DNA of 64,000 nucleotides, taken from the NCBI GenBank assembly GCA_977030845.1, contig OZ365114.1, positions 23,684,001-23,748,000 of the forward strand. Direction: 5' to 3'. The stretch is from Fimbriosthenelais zetlandica. Its lineage: Eukaryota. The translations under genes and the position numbers were made by a program. The notes beneath the pieces are model-generated. The model saw nothing but the letters and a program-made list of their open reading frames with translations. It was not told the DNA's origin and made no database searches. This document shows positions 51,480 through 63,999 of this stretch, piece after piece (the first letter of the stretch is position 1; each line of letters opens with the position of its first letter).

Positions 51480-52760
51480 CCATCTTAGGCACGCTTTGTA
51501 TACATGTACGGACCTGGGTAGTATAATCTATGGTGTATTGAATTAACATTGAAGGCGTATAGATTTATATATTCCAGAGAACCAACTCCGTGGGGCCTTC
51601 CGAAGAATGCCTGTGATACATACTTGACTCTATTAGTGGGGATTTGGTTCCCCCAACACCCAGCGACCATATGGCTGAAAATTAATTACACGTGGTAATA
51701 TAATCATACCAGAGGGTGCTCTCCACAGTGTGTTGGCAGCAGCCATATTATTTACTGCGGGGCAGGTCCTTGCTCCAGGGGATCCCAGGCCAATATCATA
51801 CACCTCACGGGAGTAGCCCCCAGGGAGGACTGAGCGTCGGGGTATAGCCTGAAGTGGCATATACCTGTGATATTGAACCCCTCCAAACCAATCCTGGAGA
51901 ACGAGAATCCCTCCCGCGTCATATTAGTTTATTATTTCTGGATATTGATCAAGTATTGTTAAAATTACTAATAAAGATAATATATATGATAGAGGAAGGG
52001 TCGTTGGTTCAAGCTTGGTCCTTCAATAGTGGAATATGGCCTTATAGTTTACTAGGTGGCTCCCATCACGTTTGATGAAGTTATGGCCATACGAGATGCA
52101 TAATGCTCATCCATGGAGTATGAATGGCGTAATGCTAGGCCTTATGCCAAAAACCATACATTATTCACCAAGATCAAACGATCATGGAGAGACGTTCCGT
52201 TTTCCAATGATGAACTTTCCCGAGGGGCACATGAGAATGGGGAGGCAGGCATGCCCAATCATATAAATATGGGCCATAGATCTTTAATTAAATCATTCCT
52301 TACGTGCAATAGCTTTGGTTTCTTTGTTTGCCTTTGAGGGTTGAGAAGAAGCGGCCTTCCGCCTCCTTCACTCAACGACTGGCATTTCGGAAATACTCTA
52401 TTCCTTTTGAATTATATGGGACATGACCGTATTTCTAAATGCAAACCGTGTAATTCGAGGAAGGAATTCAGGAAGCGTTTCTCAACCCAAGCCAGTAGAT
52501 ACAGAAACGGGGTAGTTTTGTAAAATATTGCTAAACATATTCTCATGATTCCACATCAAATTGTTAAAGCCACGAGCAGTGCATGCGGCAAACCAATAGA
52601 GATACCCTGTATACTTGGTTTGTGGTAGTGTTTTACTGGCTCAATATCATCAGTTTCATCGAATTTCTTCCACAAGACCATGAATCGATGTATTTGAAAC
52701 TCCTTCTTCAGACCTCTACACTTTTCTGGGTGAAGTAAGCTCGGGTTTCACAATAAAAGT
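51480..52760 (-). mobile_element. Decayed Ty3/Gypsy LTR-retrotransposon pol fragment in RBM24/38 intron 1
   Basis: In order: PILMCPSGKFII (RNase H start, cf. PILxxPDxxKPFIL); LHG*ALCISYGHN (cf. YLxGxxFxxxTDHN); VLPGGYSREVYDIGLGSP and HMVAGCWGNQIP (integrase Zn-finger region, cf. VPxxYRxEILxxAHxxP and CQxVGKPNQxIP). Many stops; no LTRs identified. Confidence 0.5.
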
Positions 52761-55520
52761 CTACTCATTTGCCCGGAGTTGTTGAACTTGGGCATATAGT
52801 GGTGTTGTGTGTTATAACGAACGCTGGGGGTGGTAGCTGCTCTCCGATTCTTTGTATATAGCCAATCGTGACCCCAGCGCCCCGAACACCTAAACAGAAC
52901 AAGCTGGCAAAAGACAACAGCAACTTGAAGAGCAGGGATGTGCTCGTTCAAGGGTGGGCATGATGGGGGCAAAGATGGATGCATGGCAGAGGTGGATACA
53001 AGACGTTAGCGTCCTTCTCAATAGACATGCTCATGTCTAATGCCATTTTAAAATTATCCCCAAGGACAAAAAATTTAACATATGAAGACCATAACACCCT
53101 AGAATAATACAAATGCGGACGCTCGGGTATGAATGAAAGATACTTCAGATTGAAAGTAAATGACTTCACGCACATGCTTGCATTAAAGTATGGACATGAT
53201 GGCACCTGAAGCCAGGCAAGCATATTGCTTATCCCCATTTAGACAATGCAACTAGCCAATAACTCGGAGCTGCTCCCCTGTTCACCATGTCTCAGGTGAT
53301 TTATGGTTGGAGTGCTTCCACCACTCGGAAGAAGATTTTACGACATCATTTGTGGGGGTAAATATGGCAGGGGAGTCAGGGGTGCTGCTCCAGAAGACCA
53401 CAAAACAAAGGGGCAATAAAGTGTTGTTGCCGGCACATGCGAACCTCCATTTCCGCCAAGATTGCTTGAACCAAAATATCGGCTTTCCACATTCGGAGGA
53501 TGTAAAAGAAAAAAGGTGAAACAGGTTTTCCGACACAAGGCAAAAAAATAAAATAAAAGACAATGGAGAACTCAAAAGCGTCATTAAATCTTTCAGGAAA
53601 TGTTCTATCGGCCCTAACTATATTCGATACACATCTCTGCCATCTTAACCTATTAAATGCTAATGTAGGAAATTGATAGGTACAATGTGCAACATGCTTC
53701 AAGTTCTGACTTCACTTTTTCTGCACTCCTAACATTTCTCCTCATTTTTCCCCCCTCACCCCTCGCCTTATCTAGAACCAACCACCCTCCTCCATCTCCC
53801 TTCCCCCTCAGCTGCTGTTTACATCATGAGCCCTTCAAACACGTCAGTATTGCCCGACATAACCATCTTTCCACGCCTTAAAATTAGCTCTATATACCAT
53901 CTTCACACTTCATAATTATACACCACCATAAGCTATAATTGTGTGTCAGGATACAAAACCATGTTATAAGCCAGGAACAGGTAGAGTTCTCAGGTATGTA
54001 GGGGATATATGTTTTCACTTAGACCATGAGAGAGGGTGAACAGGAATCATTATCCGCGATTATTACAGAAAGTGAATCCCTGATAGACTCCATGCTATTT
54101 TGACTAGGTGGGGAAGAATTTTGGCCTGGTTGCTTGGATTGATGGAATGGCATATGGCCAGCCTGGCTGTATAGTTGGCCTTGCTTGAGTTATGGCCCCC
54201 GTGCAGGGGGTTGAAGATGAAGTTGAGGAGAGGTGGGTGGGGATGGGGGTAGGGGTGGTAAAGGGTGGGGAGGAGGGAGATGGTAAGCTTGGGGTGAGTG
54301 TGTGTGTTTTTGTTAGGCCTAACCTATATCCTTGGCTGGAGGGATTAGTACACCAACCCAACCCCCACCCGTCTCTGAATCTCCTCCTCTCCCTCTCCAC
54401 TTTCATCCTCTCTCACATGTGAGGCAAGAGAAGCTTTGGCAACACTGAGTGGAAGATAATGGGGCCTGCAACAAGGCATGCCCTTGCCACGTTCAGAGAA
54501 CATGTGGTGGGAACTATATGGCCACGGGGGACGCTGAGTGGGAGACATGGGAGAATGGCTGAGGTAGACAGCAAGACAAGAGTGAAAGAGAAAGGACATA
54601 TATATGCAGCAGAAAGGAATGAGACTCTAGAGGTTAAGTAAAAAAACATTAAGAAGGAAATGTGGAGATCAAAGGAAGAGAGAGAATAGAGAGTGAAGTA
54701 GTTCAGTCATGAGTGACTCACAATCTGCTCGACCAACATGCTCCTCCAGCAGGGAGTAAGCTTACAGCTTTGTTTCATGACCCAGGCCATGCATACACAC
54801 ACCCATCGACCACTCTCTACTCCTTCCTCGATGAATTCAATATGTTATTGCAATATATTACACCTTGGCTTGCTCCCAAAGGAGCCAGCAGGCCAGACCC
54901 ACTTACCCCAGTCTGCTACTAATATAATATTATATTCAGTTCACCTATAAGATATTCTCCATGCTGGAGAACACGTGTACTAGACAGGCTCCCGTTTATA
55001 AAACTAAGGCACAGAACCTGTGGGGCCAAAATGCTTAAGAACTGATGCATGATATCCTTCTTGACTCACTGATATCTACATTTCAATGCAAGAAAATGGA
55101 TAGAAATCCACAAGCAAGCCTACCACTAATTGGAGTTAGTTAGATGATGCTATTTAGTACAAGAAAAGACCTCCACAAAGGACCTCTATTCCCCTGCCCA
55201 GCCATGTCTATTATGTCTCCGTTAGGAGAGTAAATAAGCAACCCGGGAGCAAAGATGGAACTAGGGGAAACCCAGATTGCCCTTCTTGAATGTTCAACTC
55301 CAAAGGACATATGATCTTCATAAAACTATCAACTTCAGCTAGTTCCTATACAGTAGATTGCAAGTCCATTTGTTCTTTTTGAATGGATATGATTATGTGA
55401 TTAGAAACAGTTCAAAAAGGCAATTACAGAAGAAACATATAGTTTCAGCAACAATTACTTTAGGTGATTGCCTTTTAAAAACTTTTGTTTGTGCAAGAAG
55501 TAAGAAAGTTTGAAACTTAC

Positions 55521-55700
55521 GAAGCCATATCCTCTGGACTTGCCCGTCTGTCTGTCAGTGATGACCACCGCTTCTTCTATCTCTCCAAACTGCTCAAAGA
55601 ATTCTCGGAGACTTTGATCCGTGGTGTGGTAGGGCAGCCCTCCAACAAAGATCTTGGTGAAGGTGGTGTCCTTCTGTTGGACTCCGGCGGCGTTAGCCAT
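55521..55700 (-). CDS. RBM24: RBM24/RBM38 coding exon 1 from the first AUG ([28 protein letters not shown]...KSRGYGF)
   Basis: [20 protein letters not shown] is the RBM24/38 signature (RNP2); KSRGYGF is RNP1. Strong Kozak gccATGg; donor TTC|GTAAGT. Likely a single pro-orthologue of RBM24 and RBM38. Confidence 0.97.
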
Positions 55701-56102
55701 GGCGAGAAGGGTTGAGTAGTCCGTGGTGGCGATTGGGAGAGGGGCAAGACCCAGAGAAGAATTTGAAGAAGTAATTGTGGTGTTTGCAGCAGCAGCTGAA
55801 GACTGCAAGACGAAGGCCGGGTGGTAGACCGGAGGTGCACTGAGGGCTTGTACTGGAGAAGATATGACGCCTGTGGGACAGCCAGGTACTCCTGCTTCTT
55901 CTCCGGATACTCCTCCTGTCTCTGTGAGGTTCTGTTGGAGGTGGTGGTGGTAGAAGCTCGGGGACGAGTTAGCTGCTGCTGCTGATGCTGCTGCTGCTGC
56001 TCCACCAAGTGATTCAACAAGTCCGTCCAGGTTGAAAGCGTGGTGGGATGATGTGCCAAGTGAAGCGAGGAAATTTGCCAAGAAGAAGTCACCTCCTATC
56101 AG
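55701..56102 (-). CDS. Candidate AUG-less N-terminal extension of RBM24/38 (134 codons from CTG 56102, or 127 from TTG 56081)
   Basis: Open and in frame with the RRM; Ala-, His- and Ser-rich tracts; bounded by TAG at 56103-56105; contains no ATG. Confidence 0.55.
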
Positions 56103-56610
56103 CTATGATACAGTCAGAACTGTAATATGTACAATACTCAATATAAGCACACAGAACTTGGTATCAAGTGGTAGGCAGTAGTATAGAATAGTGTAGCTGT
56201 TGTAGGTGAGGGATGAAGTGGGATGTTTCTCCTCAGTGTTATCTGTAGGGGAGTTTCGTGTATGCTGGAGGAGTCGTTGTAAAGTGGAGTGTTTAAGCCC
56301 TTTATCTGAGACGATTTGGAAGATTTCCTCCTGGCTTCAGTTTCCTAGACCCGAATGTGAAGAGAGCTGGTGGGACTATATAATATTGGGCTCGGCCTTG
56401 GCTTTCTCACGCTTCTGTATAGTGTACAAGCGTTGCTACTCCACGGCTTCTCCTTTGCCCACACTCCTCCACTGTTTCGCTCACGACTGTGGGACCACCT
56501 CCAGTAGCACCCAAAGGCTTTGACTTCCTCTTCTCCACCTCCACAGAACCCGGTAGGATATAAGCTCCTCCCTCTACTCCCGTTATCCACGCCTACCTAC
56601 ATAGATTAGC

Positions 56611-56650
56611 AGTCACGTGCCACTACCTTTTCCCAGCCAATCACGTGGAG
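56611..56650 (-). promoter_or_regulatory. Probable RBM24/38 proximal promoter (two CACGTG E-boxes and a CCAAT box)
   Basis: GTCACGTG about 56612-56619 and CAGCCAATCACGTGG 56634-56648, immediately upstream of the AUG-free leader. Confidence 0.55.
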
Positions 56651-56878
56651 CAGCGTCATCCAGAGGCTGTATTGACCTTCGACCTTCTAACCCCTTAAGA
56701 CCGATTGCTGATGACCTCTGGGGAGATGAAGGAGGGGAGGGGGTGGAGGAAGGGCTTTTGGGGCTCAAAGTGAGCCGACGCAAGAAGTCATGGAGATTTG
56801 TAATAACTATAACCGCGGGGTCTTTTGATTATAGTGCAAAGAAATACAGACGGCACGCTCGTATTTCCTCTGAGTTAT

Positions 56879-56908
56879 GTTGTCATGGAAACATGCCCCA
56901 GCATGCCC
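56879..56908. promoter_or_regulatory. RFX X-box overlapping a p53-family response element
   Basis: GTTGTCATGGAAAC 56879-56892. AAACATGCCC CAGCATGCCC 56889-56908 matches RRRCWWGYYY x2 at 19/20 with no spacer. Confidence 0.55.
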
Positions 56909-58074
56909 TTATGGTATGTTTCCGCTTTGTCTCTGACTTCCGTACTATATCCCTTGTTAAAAGGGCAAAAACTGGAGAAGACCTTTTCTTAACACGAAAA
57001 ATAGACATGCATTTATATATGATTGATGAAAATTAGAAGATAGACAAGCGAACAATAACCCTATAGGCTTTTCCCTTTGAAGGTACATAGCCTATTTCTT
57101 GTAAAATCATGGATCTAAAACACCGATTCTATCCAGCTTTAAAAGTATTAGGAAAGAATGGCCAAGATGAGTGCATTCTGTCTTATTGGAACCTTCTCTA
57201 TACGATCCTAATTAAACATAAACATATATCAAGAGAATAGCAACAGCCATTACTTCTCAATAAACATGGAGCTGACGAACTCATTGAACGTCTGATAAGT
57301 TATTTTTTGCTGTCTCTTCATTCCAGGGGGGCCAATTTAAATCCTTCAAGGGGGTGTAAAGGTCAAATATTGTATGCGTGCACAATGGATCCCATTGAAA
57401 TTCCCCACCTCTTTTATGATGCATGTAAATATGGTTCTTGATTAAGAAATGGTATGGTATATAAAATATATTATATGGCAGCTGTACTGTAGTTTATTCT
57501 TTCTGATATATTATGAAAAGTGTCAAACATTAAAATCTGGATGTGTATTGGCAAGTACGCTTTACGATATTGAAACAGACGCATGTGCATTGCCTATAGG
57601 CCTATTAGAATGGACATGCATGTGCCAAAATCATTAATATGGATTAAAAGTTATTATGATGGCATTATAGTTAAATACGTCTATATACATTGTAATTATA
57701 AAGAGGATTAACCTTAAGAACTTTATAGATTCTAACAATATATGTTACTTTCTACAATAAGATGTATGACGAGGGGTTTAATACCTAGGTTTCTCTAAAA
57801 CAATTATATTATTGCCCTATGTTACGTCATTTGAATATTATGTTTTAATACCTTTAATTACCACTTCAGTCGCTATAGACCACATTGTGCTGTATAGCTA
57901 AGCCTGGCTGGTGGGGGAGATGAGCAACGACAGGTGGGGACATGATCTGTGTAGACCTACCGTTCACACACAGTCCTTCATATTATGTGTCACCACCGAA
58001 GGTTGGAGCTCCGTCCGCCGTACGATCCCAGACGACACGAGCGGCCGCTCCCTCCTGTCATCATTCCACTCAAG

Positions 58075-58088
58075 GTTGCCATGGCAAT
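58075..58088. promoter_or_regulatory. Near-perfect palindromic RFX X-box
   Basis: GTTGCCATGGCAAT (13/14 to GTTGCCATGGCAAC) at the edge of a small CpG-rich patch. Confidence 0.45.
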
Positions 58089-60834
58089 CTACAGGAGCAA
58101 AGAGACCATAGAGCATTATTGTTCTCCCTTACATGTAATTATCTATAAAAACCAATTCGCATATCATTAGATACATTGGACTATGTCTTATATATGTGGT
58201 GAATATATAGTGGCCATTAAGAGGCAATAAAAGTTAAAATGAAACATTTAAAGTTTTAGAAATATATGTTATAGGGGAAGTAGAATATCATCTAGGTATA
58301 TTCCATTAGCCTCATAAGAACAGAAGGGAAAACATGTCAATTCATTGTCATCCATTCACCCATGGAGTCTTGTAATGGGCACCCTCTATTTAACTGCAGA
58401 TGGCTCCAATGCAAAGGTTGACCGATTTTATGATGGCCTTTGTCATGTCATCCTTTAACAAATTGTTATAGCTTCACAGCCACGGGTTACGCTCCACAGA
58501 GACTGGAGACAGGCATGCAGGTTACCATGTGTTGTCAGGGAATCAGTATAAAATATGTATTATTCACTTCAGAGCATCTATCACTCATCTCCCTTCCCCT
58601 CTGTCCCATATGTGCCCCCACACACCTCTTCACAGTCGACTTGCCCATATGGAACATCTCAATAATACATGGAGTTATCCAAGCAGTAACTAATATAGCA
58701 AGGCACTAAACCTGCATGCAGGCACAACAAATCGGTTCAATTTTAGAAAGAAATTCAAAGGGTATCGGATGCAGTAGGTATAATATGGCCTGTTTCCTGG
58801 AATTAAATTGCAATGCAGCCCTTTAAAAATGAGATAAATCTTACAAAAGTAGGTTCGCAAGTTTGTTAATTGATGACTTCTATATGATCTGCACTGCACT
58901 AATACATATGGCTCATATTTTAAGTGTAAATTGTTAGATGAGAGCCGTTTGTCATTACAGGCTGATACATAGGAATTTAGCATTAGCCTATGCGGGACCT
59001 CAATGATTTAATTAGAGGTATGATCCGAGGTGAGCGACTGATCAAACAATGAAAGAGAAGGACCGCAGTGAATACGGCCACACATTGGATAATAATGTTG
59101 GCTGATTTAACACCCCCGATAATACGATACCTGAATCTTAATCAGATAAGAGTATTATTAAGGGTTTTTTTTGCCACGATAACTGAGTGTTTGCTCATTC
59201 GAGACGACAAGATTAATATGTAGTACGCGGTAGATACTCCAGGGGCATCTTAGCTTATACATGTACATGAAGGTTACTTTCGCAGTGTCGGAGACTGGTG
59301 GCAGAATCGGAAAGTACAACTGTCGGGTGAAGATAACATTAACCTTGATAAAGTGTAGCCTATACGAGATGGGTGGGTCGGTGGAAGTAATAAACACTTC
59401 TATTTACATGTATATTTATGGTAGATGTGTTCAGAAAGAAGAGATTCGTGAAAACTTGATAAAAACGGTCATTGTCTCTAATTACTTTATTCAGGGACCC
59501 CTTTTATGACATGGAGGTGGGTGAGGGCAATAGTGGCAATAGTACATATATATTTATCGTCTGGCGTATTTAGGATACTTGTTCGTAGTAGGAAAATTTT
59601 CATCTACGTTACCTCTCTTAAATTCAGGGATGACAATTAACCTATACGTGTTTCTAATTCTTACAAGACATATGGTCACGGTAATTATTATTTTGGTAGG
59701 ATCAAAGAAGTAATCATGATTGTATAGGGATGATTAGCTGGTGTAATACTATGAGCATCTATAACGTAGGGGGTCTGTGCCCCAATGCTCTCCCGAACAT
59801 ATCCGAAAAGAAGGACACATCAAAAGTGATAACATAATTAGGTATGTGTACCAGACTTGTCAATGCTATTACAAGTGGCCTGCATTTAATATTCCTGGTT
59901 TTATAGTGTAACATATATAGGCCTGGGGTCAATATATGCTACCAGCATCCCTGAATTGTATATAATGTAGATACCGAGATCCACTGGCCATTCAAGCACA
60001 TCCCACGACTCGGGCGCATCACGTCACACACTAGACCGGAAAATTCACAGCCAAAAATATAACAAAACTGGGACAATCCTGGGACCGTTCAAAATAGTAG
60101 AGAGACATCTCTCAAGCAAACGGGAAGAATCAAGGCGTAGGCCTACATTGCAATATAGATACAGATCAGGCCATTTAAAGTAGGTTTAATTTTCAATGTC
60201 ACTTTCTACCAGAACCAATTCATATAAAATTCTTCGGGAGTTTCCAATCACTTTAATTCTTTGGTGAGATTTTCTAGACAACTGGAACTATTATTGTTCG
60301 TATTTGGTTTCCTCAATGATCTCTATAAAGCGAATTATAAATAAAACTGTTTATAGAAGCATAAATTTATATAAAATCCGAAATAGAGGGACTTTCATTG
60401 CCAAAACTGGTCCAAACATTTTTTAAATTTTGATTGTTCAGTTGGATGATGATAACTTATATGTGCGATTCATAACCAAGTCAGACATATCTAATTTATT
60501 TTATCTCTAGTAGTTAACGACTGCCTATGATATGCAGTGAAGTATTATGATAAGATATGGTTATTACTTTTGTGCCATCATATAGCCTAGGTCTAGTGCC
60601 TATTGTTACTTATCGTTCAAATTCCGATGGAAAAATACCGTGAATTCACTCAGTCTGAAGACAGGAAAATTACCTGAGAGGTCAAGCTCGGAAAACTAGT
60701 ATAAAGTAAAGAATTCCCAAATGTTTGTGCATTCCACATCAAAGGCGATTTGGTTCTGTGTGCGTATACACTATAGGCTGTGGTAAAAAACAATAACGCC
60801 ATTGTCAAGCTTATTTCATGCAGAAGCTATAAAT

Positions 60835-61075
60835 ATGCTAAAGAATACGAAAGAAAATGAGAATGGTATCGTGGAAGAGCAGGCTGTATTCAAACAAAAG
60901 GCTTCAGATAAAAACTCTGTCGCTCCAACTATTGAGGAGGAGCTACAAGCCAAAGCAAGCAAATGGGGGAAGACAGTGACGGGCGCCGAATTTGCCAGGA
61001 AGATGGATGAAATGGATAATCTTGCCCATCTACGAGAGGAATTCCATTATCCAAAATGTGGTGGTCTGCCAGACA
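60835..61075 (+). CDS. KYNU: Kynureninase coding exon 1
   Basis: MLKNTKENE...DEMDNLAHLREEFHYPK resembles KYNU DEEDKLRHFRECFYIPK. Donor A|GTGAGT, phase 1. Possible acceptor at 60823 suggests an upstream non-coding exon. Confidence 0.9.
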
Positions 61076-61618
61076 GTGAGTCCAATTCTTATTGATAGTT
61101 ATACTAGTTTTTGAACTGCATATATATAGGCCTGGAATACGTGAATACGTGCGTATGTCGTACAGAATTGATATTAAATGAATTACTTAGATAGAAAGTG
61201 GCAACAATAACTTGGATCGAGTGGGCATATTCATCGCTATTGTTCTCTGGCTCATGTACATTGTGTTTACCCGTAAAATATAACTTATGATGGTGGTAAA
61301 TAAAATTATATTAATCGATAGCTAGCCGCTACGTCTAAATTATATACAAAGGGAATGCCATTTTGCACTGCTTGGGCTATATATATCATCACCTATAGTG
61401 CCACAGTAAATCATCATTGCTCCACTCCCTATCAATTCATCCCAGATAAAATAGCCTTTTACAAGCCCATATTCATTACTAATATATAGCTGAATCTGTC
61501 CAGTACGGAATTAAAAATCATCCAGAAAAGATGTTTTGTCAGTGCGCGGAACATAATACATGTAAGTCTGTTTCTAATGAACAATATCTAATGAACATCT
61601 TCATCCTAATTGTTTCAG

Positions 61619-61739
61619 TTGACTTAACTCTCGTGGATAAGGACAGTGACTGTGTGTATTTCTGTGGAAATTCCCTGGGACTTCCTCCCAAGAAAGTGAA
61701 AACATACATAAAGAGGGAGCTCGATAAATGGGCTACGAT
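61619..61739 (+). CDS. KYNU: Kynureninase coding exon 2 ([39 protein letters not shown])
   Basis: YFxGNSLGL signature; AG/GT boundaries; 121 nt, phase 1 to 2. Confidence 0.97.
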
Positions 61740-62358
61740 GTAAGTAAGCTACTCATGCCATTGTACAACCATAGGATAATGCACTGTTGTACAATGACCT
61801 TAGCGTATATAATTTTTAAGCTCTCGCAATGCGATTGGACGTCTCTTTCGTATAGAATTAGGCAGCCATGGATCAATTGTCTTCGCATTCGTGGGCAATT
61901 TCAAATCTACTGCCACGCTTCCGGAGTCATGGCTACTTCCGGTGTTGGTATTGGCTATAGGGACTGAATGGTGAACAGATTGTCTACCAATGTGAGGCGG
62001 TACAATGCCGCTCTGATTTAAGAAGAAAACTTACTTCTTATTCGTTTATGAAAGGGATAACTTGGGTGAAGTTTCCTACTGACAGTACGCCTATTAATAT
62101 GTTGAAAGGCTGCTGAACAGGGCAGATAAAATGAGTTTATGTAGGGCCTCTATGGTAGCAGAATATAGGGTGTCTACAACTCCCTTTGCATTCAGAGACA
62201 AATCAAAGACTAGCTGAAAGTGGGGGAACTAGAACTGCTATCTGTAATGGATGGCGTTAGTTATCTTAGCATTCAGCAGTTAAACAAATGTGTATGCCTG
62301 GTCCTCAGCCTGATAGTTCTCAGCCTAATAGACAATTGTTTATCTTTGTTTTATACAG

Positions 62359-62441
62359 GGGGGCACATGGTCATTTCGTGGGGGAGCTACCCTGGGCACT
62401 TGGTGATGAAAAACTGATTGCATCAGCCTCCAAATTAGTTG
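62359..62441 (+). CDS. KYNU: Kynureninase coding exon 3 (GAHGHFVGELPWALGDEKLIASASKLV)
   Basis: Matches KYNU GHEVGKRPW..DE segment; 83 nt, phase 2 to 1; donor GTCAGT. Confidence 0.93.
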
Positions 62442-62693
62442 GTCAGTTGATTTTTGTTCTGTTCCCCACAGCTTCTTAATTTTATTTGAATTTCTATATA
62501 TAGCACTGTCTATGTAAATAGATCTTTTTTTATGTAAATAGAACACTTTTTTCATGGAAACAGAACACCTTTCTATGGAAATATACTACAGTTTTTTTTA
62601 TATAGAACGCTGTTTACAGGAACATGCTGGTAGTATTATTGATATCGCCTGTGTTATTTATGGTCTTATATGTGATTTTACTCTGATACTTAG

Positions 62694-62755
62694 GTGCAAA
62701 CACAGAGGAGGTGGCACTTATGAATGGTCTGACTGTCAATCTGCATTTACTTTTG
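62694..62755 (+). CDS. KYNU: Kynureninase coding exon 4 (ANTEEVALMNGLTVNLHLLL)
   Basis: MNxLTVNLHLL motif; 62 nt, phase 1 to 0. Confidence 0.96.
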
Positions 62756-62866
62756 GTACATAGTTTCTATGATCAAAATAACTTGATCAAACTTGTTTCA
62801 ATTATTCACTTATTTTGATATAAGGCAATTAGGTTTCTGCATAAATTCCTGTACATTTCTACTCAG

Positions 62867-62938
62867 ATTTCATTCTATCAACCTACACCGAAACGTAAGA
62901 AGATATTACTTGAGAGCAAAGCATTCCCTTCAGATCAT
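62867..62938 (+). CDS. KYNU: Kynureninase coding exon 5 (ISFYQPTPKRKKILLESKAFPSDH)
   Basis: KILLExKAFPSDH motif; 72 nt, phase 0 to 0. Confidence 0.97.
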
Positions 62939-63353
62939 GTGAGTCGAGTATCTATTTCTTTTTCTTTTCCACTTGACCAACTTATTTCAATAGATGTGTG
63001 TAACATCACCGATATTCCTTTGTCTAGTGATATGTCGTACACCATTTATGTCCTTTCCAACTCTTCAAATGGCACAGTTGAGTAAATATAGGCTATACAT
63101 TCAGTTATTAGCATAGAACAAGACTTAGTACGAAATATCGATTTATAGGACCGAGAAACGACTGATTTAGAGCAGTTGTAATTTTATCCTTCTTGTAAAG
63201 CCCTGTTTATTTTCCAGTGCGTGAGATATATTGCGTCGTGTACGAAATTTAAGTAAGGTATAACATAGAAAAGACCCATTGAAACCCATCTTATGACAAT
63301 CGGTCTTGGTCTTACAGTGCAGGCCTTGTATTTCTTCGCTGGTCTCTTTTCAG

Positions 63354-63428
63354 TATGCAATCGAATCCCAAATAAAACTAAAAGGATATGATCCGCAGGA
63401 ATGTATGATTTGTATGGAGCCAAGGGAG
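63354..63428 (+). CDS. KYNU: Kynureninase coding exon 6 (YAIESQIKLKGYDPQECMICMEPRE)
   Basis: YAIESQ...PRE; 75 nt; canonical splice sites. Confidence 0.96.
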
Positions 63429-63604
63429 GTGAGATTAAATCTATTAAATTGTCCAGAATTATCAGAGCAGACATTACTGAAAATAATCTTAAAGGAGATG
63501 TGTGCTTGGAGAAACCCCGCATTAATAATTACTTATAAATACCAAAATAATTCAATCCGATCAAATCCCGAAACCCTCATGACGAAACCGCAAGCGCTTT
63601 TCAG

Positions 63605-63751
63605 GGAGAACACACACTGAGGACTGAAGATATTGTGAAGCTTATCGAGGAACAAGGTGATGAAATAGCGACCATCATCTTCTCGGGTGTTCAATATTAT
63701 ACGGGTCAACTGTTTGACATTGAAACTATCACTCAGGCTGGACATAGAAAG
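63605..63751 (+). CDS. KYNU: Kynureninase coding exon 7 ([18 protein letters not shown]...[24 protein letters not shown])
   Basis: FSGVxxYTGQ motif; 147 nt; canonical splice sites. Confidence 0.97.
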
Positions 63752-63894
63752 GTTAGTCCAAAAAACTTACATATATAGTACATGCACCATTGAGGTCATT
63801 ATGGCCTACTGTCGATTTAAATGCAAGGAAAGGATTTGATAGCCTACATTATAGCAAAGAAAGTCATTCATTTTAGAAATTGTTTTTGATCTAG

Positions 63895-63999
<105 letters not shown>

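Noticed and set aside
54104-54950. Cluster of overlapping short ORFs in intron 1
   Set aside because: Purine/pyrimidine-skewed low-complexity DNA with few stops; no domain or splice support.
56206-57036. Plus-strand ORFs of 105 and 139 aa over the RBM24/38 leader and promoter
   Set aside because: Non-ATG starts, no recognisable domain; by-product of higher GC content.
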